From NCBI GenBank assembly GCA_964016885.1, contig OZ024750.1, forward strand, positions 4,092,001 to 4,156,000: a stretch of 64,000 nt of DNA, written 5' to 3'. The notes under the pieces were generated by a model. That model saw only the letters and a program-made list of their open reading frames with translations. It was not told the DNA's origin and ran no database searches. A program made the position numbers and the translations under genes. Within the stretch, counting starts at the first letter, position 1. Each line of letters starts with the position of its first letter. Shown here piece after piece: positions 49,723 to 63,982 of the stretch. The stretch is from Eledone cirrhosa. Lineage: Eukaryota.

Positions 49723-52700
49723 AGTAATTCTTTATCTCACACAACTCTTTCTAACGATAATTAAATAAAAATAAAAAAAAAATGTTTTTAACATTTAAAA
49801 AATTATTTTTTATTGAAACATGAGATATGGAAATGTTGAGATAAGAAACAACAAAATATATATATTTTTAGAGAGATTTTCTTATTGAAACTGTTGAAAG
49901 AAAGCATCAAAAGATTTTTTAAATATTGTTTATAATGGTAAATACGTTGGGGGTGGGGTGGGGGTGAGGAAGAAAGAGGAACAACGACAACAACAACAAA
50001 GAAAGCTTCTTTTGAAATAGATTTAAGTATAAGCTTCTTTATTGGAAAGATAAAATATATAATATATTTATAAGAAAGAAAAGAATGTGCTTTTAAATAA
50101 TAATGAAGGAAATACAACCTTAATAGACAACAAACTTGGATTTATTCATTGATTTCAAAAATCATATTGATTTAGTTATTGAATTTCAAAAATAATAAAA
50201 AAAAATTATGAATTTTTTTTTTTAAAACCAAACTTAAAAGACTACTTATAGAGAAAATTATATGGAAGAAAAAGAATTAAACATTAACTCCCTACCATTA
50301 TATATCATTATTTTACTCTTTCTTTCAAAATTCTTCTTCAATGTCAAATGCAAAGCAAAGACAGAGAGACAAACAATCTCTCTCTTTCTCTCTCTCTCTC
50401 ACACACACACATATTTATACACACTTTTGATTTTTCTAGGTTGTCGACCTTGATATTTTTCAAAAACCAGAATTAGTTGTTTAGTTTACATATTGAATCC
50501 CCCAACCCATCCTATTTATTTTACAACGTATGACATTTCTTGTAATGTTCTTTTTTTTTGTCATGTATAATGTGTTCTTTTTAATGTCTAAAGAAATTTA
50601 GTAATATATACTATTATATTTTCCATGAAAATATAATAGTATATATATATAGTCATGTAAAAGCTAAAAGGTTAAATAATTTTGAAAATAATCAAATATT
50701 TCGGGGGATTGAGTAAATATCAGTAACTTCTCCAATATTAAGATGGAGTTTGGAGTATAACTTAACCAAGGTTCTTAGAAAAAAACAATGAAGGAATGTT
50801 TTTAGATAAATATAAACACTTTAAAACAAACAGTCCTTGCTAAAGGTATTGTAACTATCAATAATTCGGTCCACCTACCTGTTAACAGGGGTCTTGAATA
50901 AGTAAGGATAATACTAACGCTACAATGACTAGAATCTTAATAAATCTATCAAAGAGTTATTTCATAAGATCAAGTATTTAAGTTAGAGTTGAATAGCTAT
51001 TAACTTTATAATAGTTATACGTAATGTTTTTCAGCTCAATAGTATAGTTTATCTCAACAATTTATCTTAAATTCTCCATACTCTATACTACTCTCTTGAG
51101 GAGTTACTCCCATAAAACTATAGATAACAAAAGGAGTAACTCTATACACAACACCCTCTTAGGAATGCTTTCATTTCTAACACCTCTTTAAATAACTTAA
51201 CACTCCCTGAGAAACAATGTCAGCTTTACTTAGGCAACCATTATTCTATACTTAAGCACTTACACACTAACAAGGGTATTGTTTACACACCTGGGATGGT
51301 CCATTCATGATGTACGCTTACATTCTAAACATTATTGAAGGAAGAAAGTGTTTATCTGATAGTCAAGGTATGAAATAGAGACTGCAATATATTTTTCAAA
51401 TGGGACCCTCTACCTAAGATGTGAACTCTAAATCATATTTAATAAAACTCTACTTGATGCTATTGTCTCCCTTCTACATTTCAACCTCAGTCTCATCGCC
51501 ATATTTCATACTTTATACTTCCTAATCATTCTAGTCGAAGGGCAGGTAACAGCTGAGTTACTAAGGGTTTTTCTGTGGGCCTCTAACCTTTTCAAATGTT
51601 TTATATGTAAGATATGATACAATTGATATTTGAGCCATAAGAATGCCCTCTCTATTCTGTCTGCCAGGACCCCATTTGCACATAATAATGAGAGACAGAG
51701 GCGATGACAGTGGGAGTTTGGCTCCTCTGTGTTTGGACCTGGTGTACATTTGTGTGTATGTTTACTTCTATTCGTTTTTACTTTAACCTCATCCATTAAA
51801 CCATCAAATGAGAGCTATTACAAAGAAGGACAGGTAACCACTGGGCTACTAAGGGTTTTTCTCTGTGGGCCTCAAACCATTTCAAATGTTTTATATGTAA
51901 GATATGATACAACTGACATTTGAGTCATAAGAGAAACTAAAATAATCAAATAAGAACCATTACAAATAAAAAAGACATTGTTGATTTCTGTTCTGGCCAA
52001 TAAAAATTAAAACTGGACATTTATTTCTCTGACCACATAATTATTCAATCCTTGAAATATATAAAATTACAAGACAAAAAACAAAACAAAACACCAACAA
52101 CAGCAAAACTAATAAACATTATGAGCAGTTCTTAATCTCTTTTAAGGCTCTTCACTAAAACTCATTAAAAATTACTAAAAATATAATTTTCTTCTTGGCA
52201 AATTATCCATGTTTTTTAAATTTTTCTTGAACTGCTTTTCACCAATGGAGATTACATTAGTCTCCTTAAATTCCAGGGTTTAAGTTTGTATTTCATAGCT
52301 AAAAAAAGTATTCAGTGAAATCCCTAACATCGAAGAATTAGAGAATGGAATTTTAAAAAAGAAGTCCAAGGAAAAAAATGACGATTAAAAGCAGTATAAA
52401 TAATTAATCTATTGTAAAAGGGATTACTTATGGAGGGAATTTAAATAAAAAGGCTATTTTCATTTAATATTAATTATTTCTACTCAACAACTAAAATATG
52501 TAAATGTGACTATGAAATACGCTGCTGGTGAGAAGATCAGCAAAAATATCAAAGATATTTTGTGTTATTTAATTTTTAAGTGAAGCAGAAGTTGAATGTT
52601 TGTGTGAATATATGTGTCTGAGTGCATGTGAATATGTCTGAGTGCATGTGAATATGTGTGTCTGAGTGCATGAGAATATCTGAGTGCAGGTGAACATTGG

Positions 52701-52801
52701 GTAGTGTTAAGTTAAGAAGAAACACACACATTTGATGGCTTTCAGATTTAGTTCAATGGATAGAAAAATGAAAACTAAAGTGGAGGGTGTACACAATGGG
52801 T

Positions 52802-52818
52802 GAGAGAGCGAGGATGGC

Positions 52819-52888
<70 letters not shown>

Positions 52889-52970
52889 AAGAGAGAGAGA
52901 GAGAAAGAAGAGAGAGAGAGAGAAGAGAGAGGGGATGAGAGAGAGAGCGAGGATGGCAGAGAGAGAGAGA

Positions 52971-53044
<74 letters not shown>

Positions 53045-53146
53045 AGAGGAGAGAGAGAGAGAAAGAGAGAGGAGAGAGAGAGAGAGAGAGGGGAGAGAGA
53101 GAGAGAGAGAGGGGGAGAGAGATAGAGAGAGAGAGGGAGGGGAGAG

Positions 53147-53222
<76 letters not shown>

Positions 53223-53243
53223 TCGAGAGAGATCGAGAGAGAT
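52802..53243. repeat. (GA)n polypurine tract, about 440 bp
   Basis: Directly visible; tgagagagcgaggatggcagag occurs twice. Confidence 0.92.
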
Positions 53244-53480
53244 CAGATCTGTGTGCTCTATAGTTAATAGACATTGAGTATTTCATGTAATAGTGATACC
53301 AATGATGCAAACATGCATTCATTTCAACTCTTATCAAAAATCCCCTCAAAACTATGGTTTCTTTCCAGTGACTAGGTTGAAAAATATACCCCATTTGGTC
53401 ATTCCCTGAGAGTATCTCGACCAGCCTATGAACTTTTCAGCCTACCCTCGATTGTATGTATATATATATATATATATATA

Positions 53481-53673
53481 TAGGAACACGTATGACCCCG
53501 ACGGCAGAGCTCAAGCCATTTCGACGGCTAATTAGTCCAGAATTAGCAGTCAAAACGGCTTGAGCTCTGCCGTCGGGGTCATACTTGTTCCTATTACCCA
53601 CTCTACTACTCTAAGTATTGAGTACTTTGGTGCGTTATGGTTCATCTGGTTCCTTACCACATTTCCTTCGTTA
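53481..53673 (-). repeat. (TA)n-embedded cassette B copy, reversed (hairpin 53481-53593)
   Basis: Reverse-complement leader ttacccactctactactctaagtattgagtact follows the hairpin. Confidence 0.8.
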
Positions 53674-55109
53674 TATATATATATAATAGTAGAACACTGG
53701 AAGGTAATATCCGTAGTGGCAGAGCACTCAGTCCATGGGACAAGTTTGGTAGAAGTAGTAACACAACAGTTAGTTCACCATACGGTATGGTGAACTAACT
53801 GTTGTGGAACTACTTCTATATATATATAAGGGTTGACTGAAAAGTTCATAGGTTGGCTATGAAGGAGTGATGCTAGTGCTGTGAAATCTTGCATACATTA
53901 ATTTCAACTCTTCTTATTAATTAATAACTGCATTGTTTCATTCCGATATTGCCAAAAATAATTGAATCTCTAGATTTTTAACTAGATACCATAGCATAAC
54001 ATATCTTCCTACACGTAGAGGTGAGTAAAGTAAATAGTTTAAATATTTGTCGCAGAGAATTAATGGTTTCTGAGTTCATTTACCTGTGCAGGTGTATTTT
54101 GTGCTACCTTTTGGTTAGAACAATTAATTCTGTCAGCTACAGGAGAACAGGTATCAGTTATTCAACCAATGACAAACTTCCATAAGATAAATTATTTTTT
54201 ATTTTCGGTTTAAACCTGGTATCCTATCCAATAAGAAGGTACATGGCTTAGTGGAGTGTTGGGCTTATAATGGTGAGGTTGTGAGTTGATTCCTGGACCG
54301 GGTTGTGTATTGTGTTCTTGGGTAAGACATGTTATTTCACATTACTCCAGTGTACTCAGCTGTGGAAATTAGTGGAGACATCACTGGTGCCAAGTTGTAT
54401 CGGCCATTGCCTTTCCCTTCGACAACATCATATATAGTTTAGTGTATATATAGTCTAAATATAGTGTATATAAGGTGTATGTTGTGAATATAGTAAGTCT
54501 ATAATGTATATATATATATATTGTGACGTCACTGGTGTCAAGCTGTATTGGCCATTACATTTCCCTTGGATAACATCGGTGGCATGGAGAGGGGAGACTG
54601 GTATGCATGGGCGACTGCTTCATGTCCACAAACAACTTTGCTTGGGCATGTGCCTCAAAGAGGAACTTTCTAGGTGTAAATCCCATGGTCATTTGTGACC
54701 GAAGGGGGGTCTTTACTCTTTTACACTATATAAGAAGAGATTTATTTCTCATCTGCTCAACAACAAAATGAAAATATTACTTCACAGGTAGAGAAAATAA
54801 ACAAAATAACACACACAGAGATAAAAGACACACAGACATACAGACATACACAACATAAAGGAGTTTGAAGAGTTCATATCGGAGTTATCTCTCGATTAAC
54901 ACTGAAGTAATACACTGAAAACTAAATATTTTGATTAATTCCTTAAACAAACTTGTATACACTATCAACCATGTTTGTTTAGGAATCATTTCAAACTTAC
55001 TGATTACATGGAAAATAATAACACACACACACACACTTACAGACAGAATAATAGGCTTATTCATAAACACACCAATATGATATATAAACAACCACCCATA
55101 AATACATTC

Positions 55110-55768
<659 letters not shown>

Positions 55769-57129
55769 ATGTAAACCTCAACCAATGATAGATAGTCTTT
55801 CATAAGATAAATTACATTTTTGTTTCAGTTTAAATCTTATCTGAAATGAGAGCATTTAATTTCATGCTTTGTTGCAGAAGATAAAATATTCTTCAAAAGC
55901 AGCGCCATTGTCGCTATCTGTGTTTTAAACCACTTAATGCAGATCATTTCAACATAAATGCTGCCAATTTACAAGTTAATGCTAATCTCTAGACATAACT
56001 TTAAAACTTTCTGAAGGGATGAATGACATTAGTAGTAGTGATTAATAATAATAATAATTGTTTCTATTTTAGGCACAAGGCCAGCAATTACCCAGTACAT
56101 TACTGGTACTTTATTTTATCGACCTAGTAAGGATGAAAGGCAAAGTTAACCTCGGCGGGATTTGAACTCGGACGTAACTCTATGCTAGAAAGCATGGCGT
56201 CCGACCCTCTACCGATACTGCCAATCATAATAATAATAATGAAATTATTGTGTACAGTGCTCAGGTGCACTACAACTCATCAAAGGTGCATGTATGGTAC
56301 ATAGAATAATGTAAACATGTCAGGGAAGTGAATAGTGTATGAGTCATGATATACATGTGTGCGTATGTGTGGAGGGGGAATATTAGGTGTAGTGTTGGGG
56401 AATCTCAGGCACAAGGCCAGTAATTTGGAGGGGGAGGGGAAAGTCGATTATTAAATCAACCCCCAGTACGTTACTGGTACTTTATTTTATCGACCCCGTA
56501 AGGATGAAAGGAAAAGTTAACCTCGACGGGATTTAAACTCAGAACATAAAGGCCCGTAACTCTATGCTGCAAAGCATGGTGTCCGACGTTTTACCGATTC
56601 TGCCAAACCACTGCTCTTGCCAAAAATAATAATAATATAAACACAAGGCCAGCAATTTGAAAGTGAACAGAAAGTTGATTAAATCAACAAAGAGGTTACA
56701 GGGCTTTTGTGGGTGAACATACACACACTCCCACACATACACACACATACATAGAGGAAGGAAGTAAAGTGCATTGGAAACTGGTACTTCCAAAAGTACT
56801 CCCAGGTCTTGAATAATCGTCCCCTTATTAATTTTTCATGATATTTATGAATGTACACTATATAATTGCTGATTTACCAAACCCCACCTTTTATTCCAAC
56901 CCTGCCCCCACTTATAAGAATTTAAGAAAATGTCCACTCCCCATCCCATTATTTGGGACATGAGAGTACCTGTGAAGGGAGTTATATCCTCTGGGAGAAC
57001 AATCACAAACACTGTAGGACCACCAATGTGGTTTTATCAAAACTCTTTCATCTAAAGGTACCTGCTACTGGTTCCCAATCTCACTTCCAATCAACACATT
57101 AATTAGTTTGTTTTCTTCCAACTTTAACA

Positions 57130-57358
57130 TTAACCCTTTACCATTTACATTACTCTATATTTACTATTATATTTTCGCGGTAAAGGTTTTACCTCACATA
57201 ATTATCTGACATAATATTGAATCTATGAGATTTTGATATTATTTATTTTGAGAACAATACCTTAATATCAGTATGAGTGTCCAGTTACAGCTGGTTTGAA
57301 CAGAAAGAGGTGAGAGAATTCTGGCCGGATATGGCTGGTTTAAATGCTAAAGGGTTAA
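57130..57358. mobile_element. ~230-bp TTAA-bounded MITE (piggyBac-like ends), representative of about 14 copies
   Basis: Ends ttaacccttta(g/c)cattt...aaatgctaaagggttaa, no ORF. Copies near 1371, 8845, 14860, 18920, 22338, 27451, 28070, 37025, 38233, 38889, 49110, 59637, 60431. Confidence 0.8.
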
Positions 57359-58382
57359 ATCAACTAGGATATTAGGCCCTTTTTAAAACCAACTTACAGT
57401 TGATGGCTTCTATATAGGGGTGGGCACTTTTTTATACATTTGGTCTGGGAACAATATTATTTTTATGCCTGTGCCTTGAGAATTATGTGAAGAGTACATG
57501 TGTCTGTGGAATGTACAGATACGTGCTTGTTAATTTTATGAGCAGGCTATTCCATTATTCAATGGCCCTGTTAAGGGTACACATGTCTGTGGAATTTCCA
57601 CAGGGCCACTGAACAATGGGACATCCGGCTCATAAAATTAACGTACAAGTATCTGTGCATTCCACAGATAGCAACTTAATATATGATTCGTATATGAAAT
57701 TATGTTGGAAGATTGTAATTCAAATTAGAAACCTTTAAAATGGATAGATTTATTTCATAGAACCAGAGCCGGTTTTGACTGGGTTGGTAACTAAAGGGTT
57801 AATAATATTGTTTTACAAAAAAATATCAGGAAATTGAAGAGCTAAAAATAATCGAAGTTGGAATACAAAAATGACTTAAGAAGGGAATAAAAATTCCTCG
57901 AATAGGAAACTAGTTCAAATTTAGATTCATTAGAAAAGATTTTCATTATAATCAACAGCTCATTGTGTGTTTTTTAAATGAAATGGAATAAAATTCCCCT
58001 CAGTTAACCGATATATCAGGGCTTTCCTCTTATAAATACTCATATATGGATGCTACAGTTGTTGCTATCTTTAGTATAGGTTCTACTACAATGAATTACT
58101 ACATAATTAAGAATGAACAAAGATCCTATTTATAGGCAACAAATGGAGGAACAATATTTTTCCTGTTTATATTATAGAGTTAATTTTTTTAGTAAATTGT
58201 TTAAAGCATGTTTTTGTACTACTGTTAAATGTCCTTTCTATTGCAAACTACTCAACTCTGAAGTCGATGTGGAGCCTGCTGGCAGACAATTAGAAGTTGG
58301 TAAAATAAGTCTTGTTTAAGAACACAATACAATCATTGTTGAAAACTTTGAAATTTTTATTTTTTTGAAATTGAGTTAGAAA

Positions 58383-58517
58383 TAGGAGCTTTCTCCATAT
58401 TTTGACTAAAGAAAATTAGCCTGATAGCAGTGTTTAAAACCCTCTAAATAGAAAAAGATGAGTATTGATGTACATAGGAGTTGAACCTATGTCTTCGGTT
58501 ATCCAGACCACTGTTTT
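58383..58517 (-). mobile_element. Diverged copy of the tRNA-headed element
   Basis: ttttgactaaag..ttagcctgat..gaaaaagatgagtattga..gaacc..ggttatc aligns by eye to 63574-63712. Confidence 0.6.
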
Positions 58518-58741
58518 ATTGTGGAGTGGCACTTTTTACCAAAATATTAGATAATCAAAGCACAATAGAATCATAGACCTGGTTGTATGGGAAATTAGAG
58601 GAAAAGATGATATGAAGAAGACAGCAATTGTGGTTCTGGTATCAATGGGTTACTGACACCTGTCAAATCAATTAGTGGTGGACATTGATGTTCTCTCTCC
58701 CTTTAGTTCACTGCCTCCATCTCTCACTATTATATATATAT

Positions 58742-58772
<31 letters not shown>

Positions 58773-60557
58773 CACACTTACACACACTTATATATGAAGG
58801 AGAGAGAGAGAGAGTTGACTCATGTGTATCCTGATTTTTAGAACAGGTCCACCAATATTCATGTGTCATAGGAAGTGACTTAAAGGGTTAGTGCCCAGAA
58901 GGGTATCTGGTAATAAAACTATTTTTCAAAAGGTCCTGTCAAACAACTACTACCATAGAAACACAGATAGAAAATGTTGAACATATTTCTATTTTATACA
59001 ACTGTATATTTAAACCAAACAGGAAAGAATCGCTGGACAGATTTTATGGGTAAAACCAACAAGGTAGGAGACCCTGGGGTCCCACCATGAGCAAGATAGT
59101 TGGATAACATCCATGAGTGCTTGGCTAGTCTCGTTTGGGGATCCAGCCGGATAAGTTGGAGATGGCTGTTTCTGACATGACCCCGCTGGAAGGAGTGTTT
59201 GAGGACACACCCCTCTCAGGAATAAGTGGAAGAAGTTTTATATAGCATGTTTCTTTATATATTAAAAAAAACAAACATAACTAATGATTTTATAAGTCCA
59301 CCAAATATTGGTAAAATTAGCAAATTATATATTCTAATTTACATAATGTTAATGCTTTCACTGGCAGCTAATTCAATTAAATATTTAATTATACACTGAT
59401 GTATCTAACGAACATGTACAGACACAGTACAAGATTTAACGAAAGCTGTGTAAACGTTTAAATGAATATACATTGATAAATGTAAACACATGACTTTCTC
59501 TTTGTACAGAAAAATAAATAACAATGTGACTTGTGTTTTGATCCTTATTGGGGTCCCTCTCAAAGATCACACACACTCTTCTCTATCAACAGAAATAACA
59601 CAAAGGTATTTCAGTCATGATGTAATCAATATATCTTTTAACCTTTAGCATTTAAACTGGCCATATCTGGTCAGAATTCTCTCACCTCTTTCTGTTAAAA
59701 CTGGCTGTAACTGGCCACTCATACTGATGTTAGGGTATTGTTCTCAAAATAAATAATATCAAAATCTCGTAGATTCGATATTATGTGAGATAATTATGTG
59801 AGATAAAGCCTTTAATGAGGAAATATAATAGTAAATATAGAGTAATGTAAAAGCTAAAAAAAATGTATTAAAAAAATTATCATCATCATTTTATGTCCGT
59901 TGTTTCACAGATTCATGGGATGAACTGATCCTTCTCAGTACATCTGTCCACAAATTAAATTTGTCAACTCCTCTCTTTTCCATTTAAACTTTACCCTAAC
60001 TCATAACCTTAATCTCAAAACGGTAACTCTAAACTTAAACCCTGAATCTGACAGACTATTTTTTTTCCTGTGTTTAGAAAATCTAATTCAGAAAATATTG
60101 GGTAAAAAAAGAAAACCCATTAAAAATTAAAAAGTTACGGTTGGTTGCATAATACATAGCAGAGAAGTTAGACAGGCAAAAAAAATGTGAACAACTTTGA
60201 AATAAATTATAAAGTTAGTGGGGGTGTTTATTGCGCAATTGTACCAATATATACAGTTTAATGTATATAAAATTTATCTAGGATATAATTTGATATGGGT
60301 TGTGGTATGGTCATGTGGGTAAAAAGTTTGCTTTGTAAACACAATGTTCCAGATTTATTCCAACTGAGTGGCATATGGAGCAAGAATCTTTGACAATAAT
60401 CTCAGCTTGACCAATTTCTTGTCAGTGAAATTAACCCTTTAGCATTCAAACCAGCCAGAACCGGCCAGAATTCTCTCACCTCTCTCTGTTCAAATTGACT
60501 GTAACCGGCCCTCATACTCACGTTAAGGTATTGTTCTCAAAATCTCATAGGTTCAAT

Positions 60558-60887
60558 GTTATGTGAGATATTATGTGAGGTAAAGTCTTTACTGTGAAAA
60601 TACAATAGTATATATAGAGTAATGTAGATGTTATGTGAGATATTATGTGAGGTAAAGCCTTTACTGTGAAAATACAACAGTATATATATAGAGTAATGTA
60701 AATGTTATGTGAGGTAAAGCCTTTACTGTGAAAATACAACAGTATATATAGAGTAATGTAAATGTTATGTGAGGTAAAGCCTTTACTGTGAAAATACAAT
60801 AGTATATATAGAGTAATGTAGATGTTATGTGCGGTAAAGCCTTTACTGTGAAAATACAATAGTATATATAGAGTAATGTAAATACTA
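60558..60887. repeat. 60/72-bp tandem repeat inside a TTAA MITE (about 5 copies)
   Basis: Unit gttatgtgaggtaaagcctttactgtgaaaatacaatagtatatatagagtaatgtagat; reverse complement of the 18931 array unit. Confidence 0.9.
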
Positions 60888-61410
60888 AAGATAGAAATAT
60901 ATGTGTGAGTGTGTGCCTGTACATCTGTGTTTGCATTTACACATACACTGCATTGAAACTGGTGTTATGTACCAGAATTTGGTTGATATGAATGACTAAA
61001 ACCTTGAAGGCAGTGCTCCAGTATGGTCACAGTTCAATGGCTGACACTAATAAAAGTATATACACAATAAACAGGAACTATAAATCTTTTAATGTGTATA
61101 TGTGTGGTGTGCCAAACAAAGACCTTTTAGCTGTGTCAAAGACATGACAAACTGCCTGTGTTGGTGCATTAATAAAATGTACTTGTTAGAGCAAAGAAAC
61201 CTTTTTATAAATGTAATGTGATCCCACCAGCCTGCTCAAGTATCTGACATGGTGCAGGAATATAAATGAGCAACACAGGTCCCAGGTGCATCTGTGAGGT
61301 CAATAGTTCTGCTTGAGTACCGTGGAGTGGTCTGTGGAGTAGTCCAAACCTTGTTAGCAGGGAAAACATTCAATGATGATGAAGATATATACACACACAC
61401 ACACACACAC

Positions 61411-61459
<49 letters not shown>

Positions 61460-61488
61460 TTATTTAACATCCGTTCTCCCTGTTAGCA

Positions 61489-61524
<36 letters not shown>

Positions 61525-61852
61525 ATTAGCCGTCGAAACGGCTTGAGCTCAGCCATTGGGGTCTTACTGGTTCCTATATATATATATATCGTTGAGTTTG
61601 GGCATAAGAGTGTTTAAAATTGCATGTCTCCCATGTATGTCTAAACAATATATATATATATATATATATGTATATGTGTATATATATATATACACACATT
61701 CAATGCAAAATCTATATAGGTCATTTATAATTTATTTGTTTTGTATCACATTGCACTGGTGTTTTATCTGCTCTGCTTCACAACATCTAAGGTAACGAAC
61801 ACAATAAAACACTGGTGACACTACTACTATTATTATTATTATTATTATAAAG

Positions 61853-62050
61853 AGCGGTGGATTGGCAGTATCGGTAGAGGATCGGACGCCATGCTTTCTA
61901 GCAGAGTTACGGCCCTTTCCATTCTGAGTTCAAATCCCGCCGAGGTTAACTTTGCCTTTCATCCTTACGGGGCTGATAAAATAAAGTACCAGTAATGCAC
62001 TGGAATAATTGCTGGCCTTGTGCCAAAAGTAGAAACTATTATTATTATTG
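61853..62050 (+). mobile_element. SINE family 1 copy
   Basis: A/B boxes, conserved body, (ATT)n flanks. Confidence 0.85.
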
Positions 62051-62137
62051 TTTATATATATATATGTTTCTATGTCTTTTTCTTTTTCTTTTCTTATATA
62101 AATAATAAAAATCTTTACACGAACAAAACCCACATCG

Positions 62138-62213
62138 TGCCGTCCTGTGCCGTCCTGTGCCGTCCTGTGCCATCCTGTGCCGTCCTGTGCCGTCCTGTGC
62201 CGTCCTGTGCCGC
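62138..62213. repeat. GC-rich 10-bp tandem repeat (gtgccgtcct)n, about 7.5 copies
   Basis: Directly visible. Confidence 0.9.
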
Positions 62214-63533
62214 CTGTAATGTTTTTCTTGATGTCAGCTCTTGTGGCCAATAAAGAAATCATTATTATCATTATTACAACTATCATCATAACCACCATAC
62301 TAATTATCACTGTCATCATCATCATTCTCACACTTATTATTGGTTATTTTTATTATTATTATTATTATTATTACTACTACTACTAATACCGGGGCGATAG
62401 ACTGGCAGTATCGGCAGAGCGTCAAACACCATGCTTTGCAGAATAGAGTTATGGCCCTTTGCGTTCTGAGTTCAAATCCCACCGAGGTTAGTTTTGCCTT
62501 TCATCGTTACGGGGGTTGATAAAATAAAGTACCAGTCACGCACTGGGGTCGATTTAATCGACTTTCCCCTCTGCTTTAAATTGCTGGCCTTGTGCCTAAA
62601 GTAGAAACAGATCTGTACAAGCGAGACACAGTCACCTGACCAATCTTGCCTTAAGTGGGGACAAACCCGTCCAACCCATGCTAGCGTGGAAGATGGCCAT
62701 TAAATGATGATGATGAATACTGGTGTTATTGTGCAGAGATACACAAGAAGCATTGGTAATGTTTGTAATTAATTTGTGAAGTATCCGGTGAAGTTGGTGG
62801 TGGAAAAGAAGGGAGGTTCAATCCATCTACTATTCTATAGTATTATCATCTACTATTCTATAGTATTATCATCTACTATTCTATAGTTGTGTATCACCTC
62901 CCCCCTCATTAAAATGAATCCACACCACTGCAATGAAGTGTAGCTGTCAAAACCATCTTCTGACAAAAGTGAATATTAAATTGGAACCTTTCTGTGTGTG
63001 TGTGTGTGAATATATACTTATATATATACACACACACCTCACTCTCTCTCTATATATATATAGAAATACATACATATAAACATGTATATATTTATGTGTA
63101 TATATATATATATAGATAGATATGTATATATATATATGCATATATAATTATATATATATGTATCAGTATGAAATAGGTCATACTTTAAAAAAAAGGTGAC
63201 TGGTGGAGAGATTGTAAAGTGAGAATAGAAAATAGTGGCTATGGATGGGTGGGGTGGAGAGAGAGAGAGAGAGAGAGAGAGAAGGTGAAATATGTGGTTT
63301 GGCATGTAAAACCTATAATTGAGCTGTCTAATTTAATCTGTTTGAATAAAAAAAAGGATTGGGTGATTATATATATATACATATATATACGCACTCATAT
63401 GTATGCATATATGTAAATATATGTATATACATATATATGCATATACATATATACACACACACACACTGAACAAGGCAAAATCAACTCACTTTGGGGAAAC
63501 TCTGAGTACCTAGGAAAATATTTATACAGTATA

Positions 63534-63573
<40 letters not shown>

Positions 63574-63575
<2 letters not shown>

Positions 63576-63736
63576 GAATAGCTTTCACCGTATTTTTGAC
63601 TAAAGGAATTTTAGCCTGATAATGGGGTTTAGAACCCTCAGATAAATGGAAAAAGATGAGTATTGACGTACATGGGAGTCGAACCCACATCTTTGGTTAT
63701 CGCGACCACTGTGCTACCATTACACCAACACATCAC
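63574..63736 (-). mobile_element. tRNA-headed short element, inverted partner of 63910-64000, with ~90-nt tail ending in (TA)n
   Basis: 63646-63736 is the exact reverse complement of 63910-64000; diverged third copy near 58383-58517. Confidence 0.65.
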
Positions 63737-63911
63737 CCTTCCCTGCTATATATATATATATATATATATAGAATATTTGGGTATCACCCTTGCAAGCAGG
63801 GAAAAGCAGACGTAAAATGATGATGATGATGATGATATATATATATATATATATAGTAATAATAAATGCGAAGACTAAAATCCAAAGAGGGCTCGATAAG
63901 GATTATGATGT

Positions 63912-63982
63912 GATGTGTTGGTGTAATGGTAGCACAGTGGTCGCGATAACCAAAGATGTGGGTTCGACTCCCATGTACGTCA
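63912..63982 (+). pseudogene. tRNA-like cloverleaf (tRNA-derived element head)
   Basis: Acceptor GATGTGT/GTACGTC, D arm GTGT-AATGGTA-GCAC, TGGT-CGCGATA-ACCA, T arm GTGGG-TTCGACT-CCCAT; A and B boxes present; anticodon loop lacks U33 and purine 37. Confidence 0.65.

Noticed and set aside
54083-54183. Candidate NELL first exon (phase-1 donor ACAG/gtaaat near 54083)
   Set aside because: The upstream ATG frame stops after nine codons, there is no hydrophobic signal peptide, and the region overlaps a repeat seen again near 55290 and 55780.
63611-63650. ctgataa-tggggtt-tag-aaccctca-gataaa as a hammerhead
   Set aside because: Both core segments deviate from CTGANGA and GAAA, and the copy near 58420 does not restore them.
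63912-63982. Functional tRNA-Ser(CGA) gene
   Set aside because: No U33 or purine 37, no long variable arm, three G-U pairs in the acceptor stem, and it is part of a dispersed repeat.
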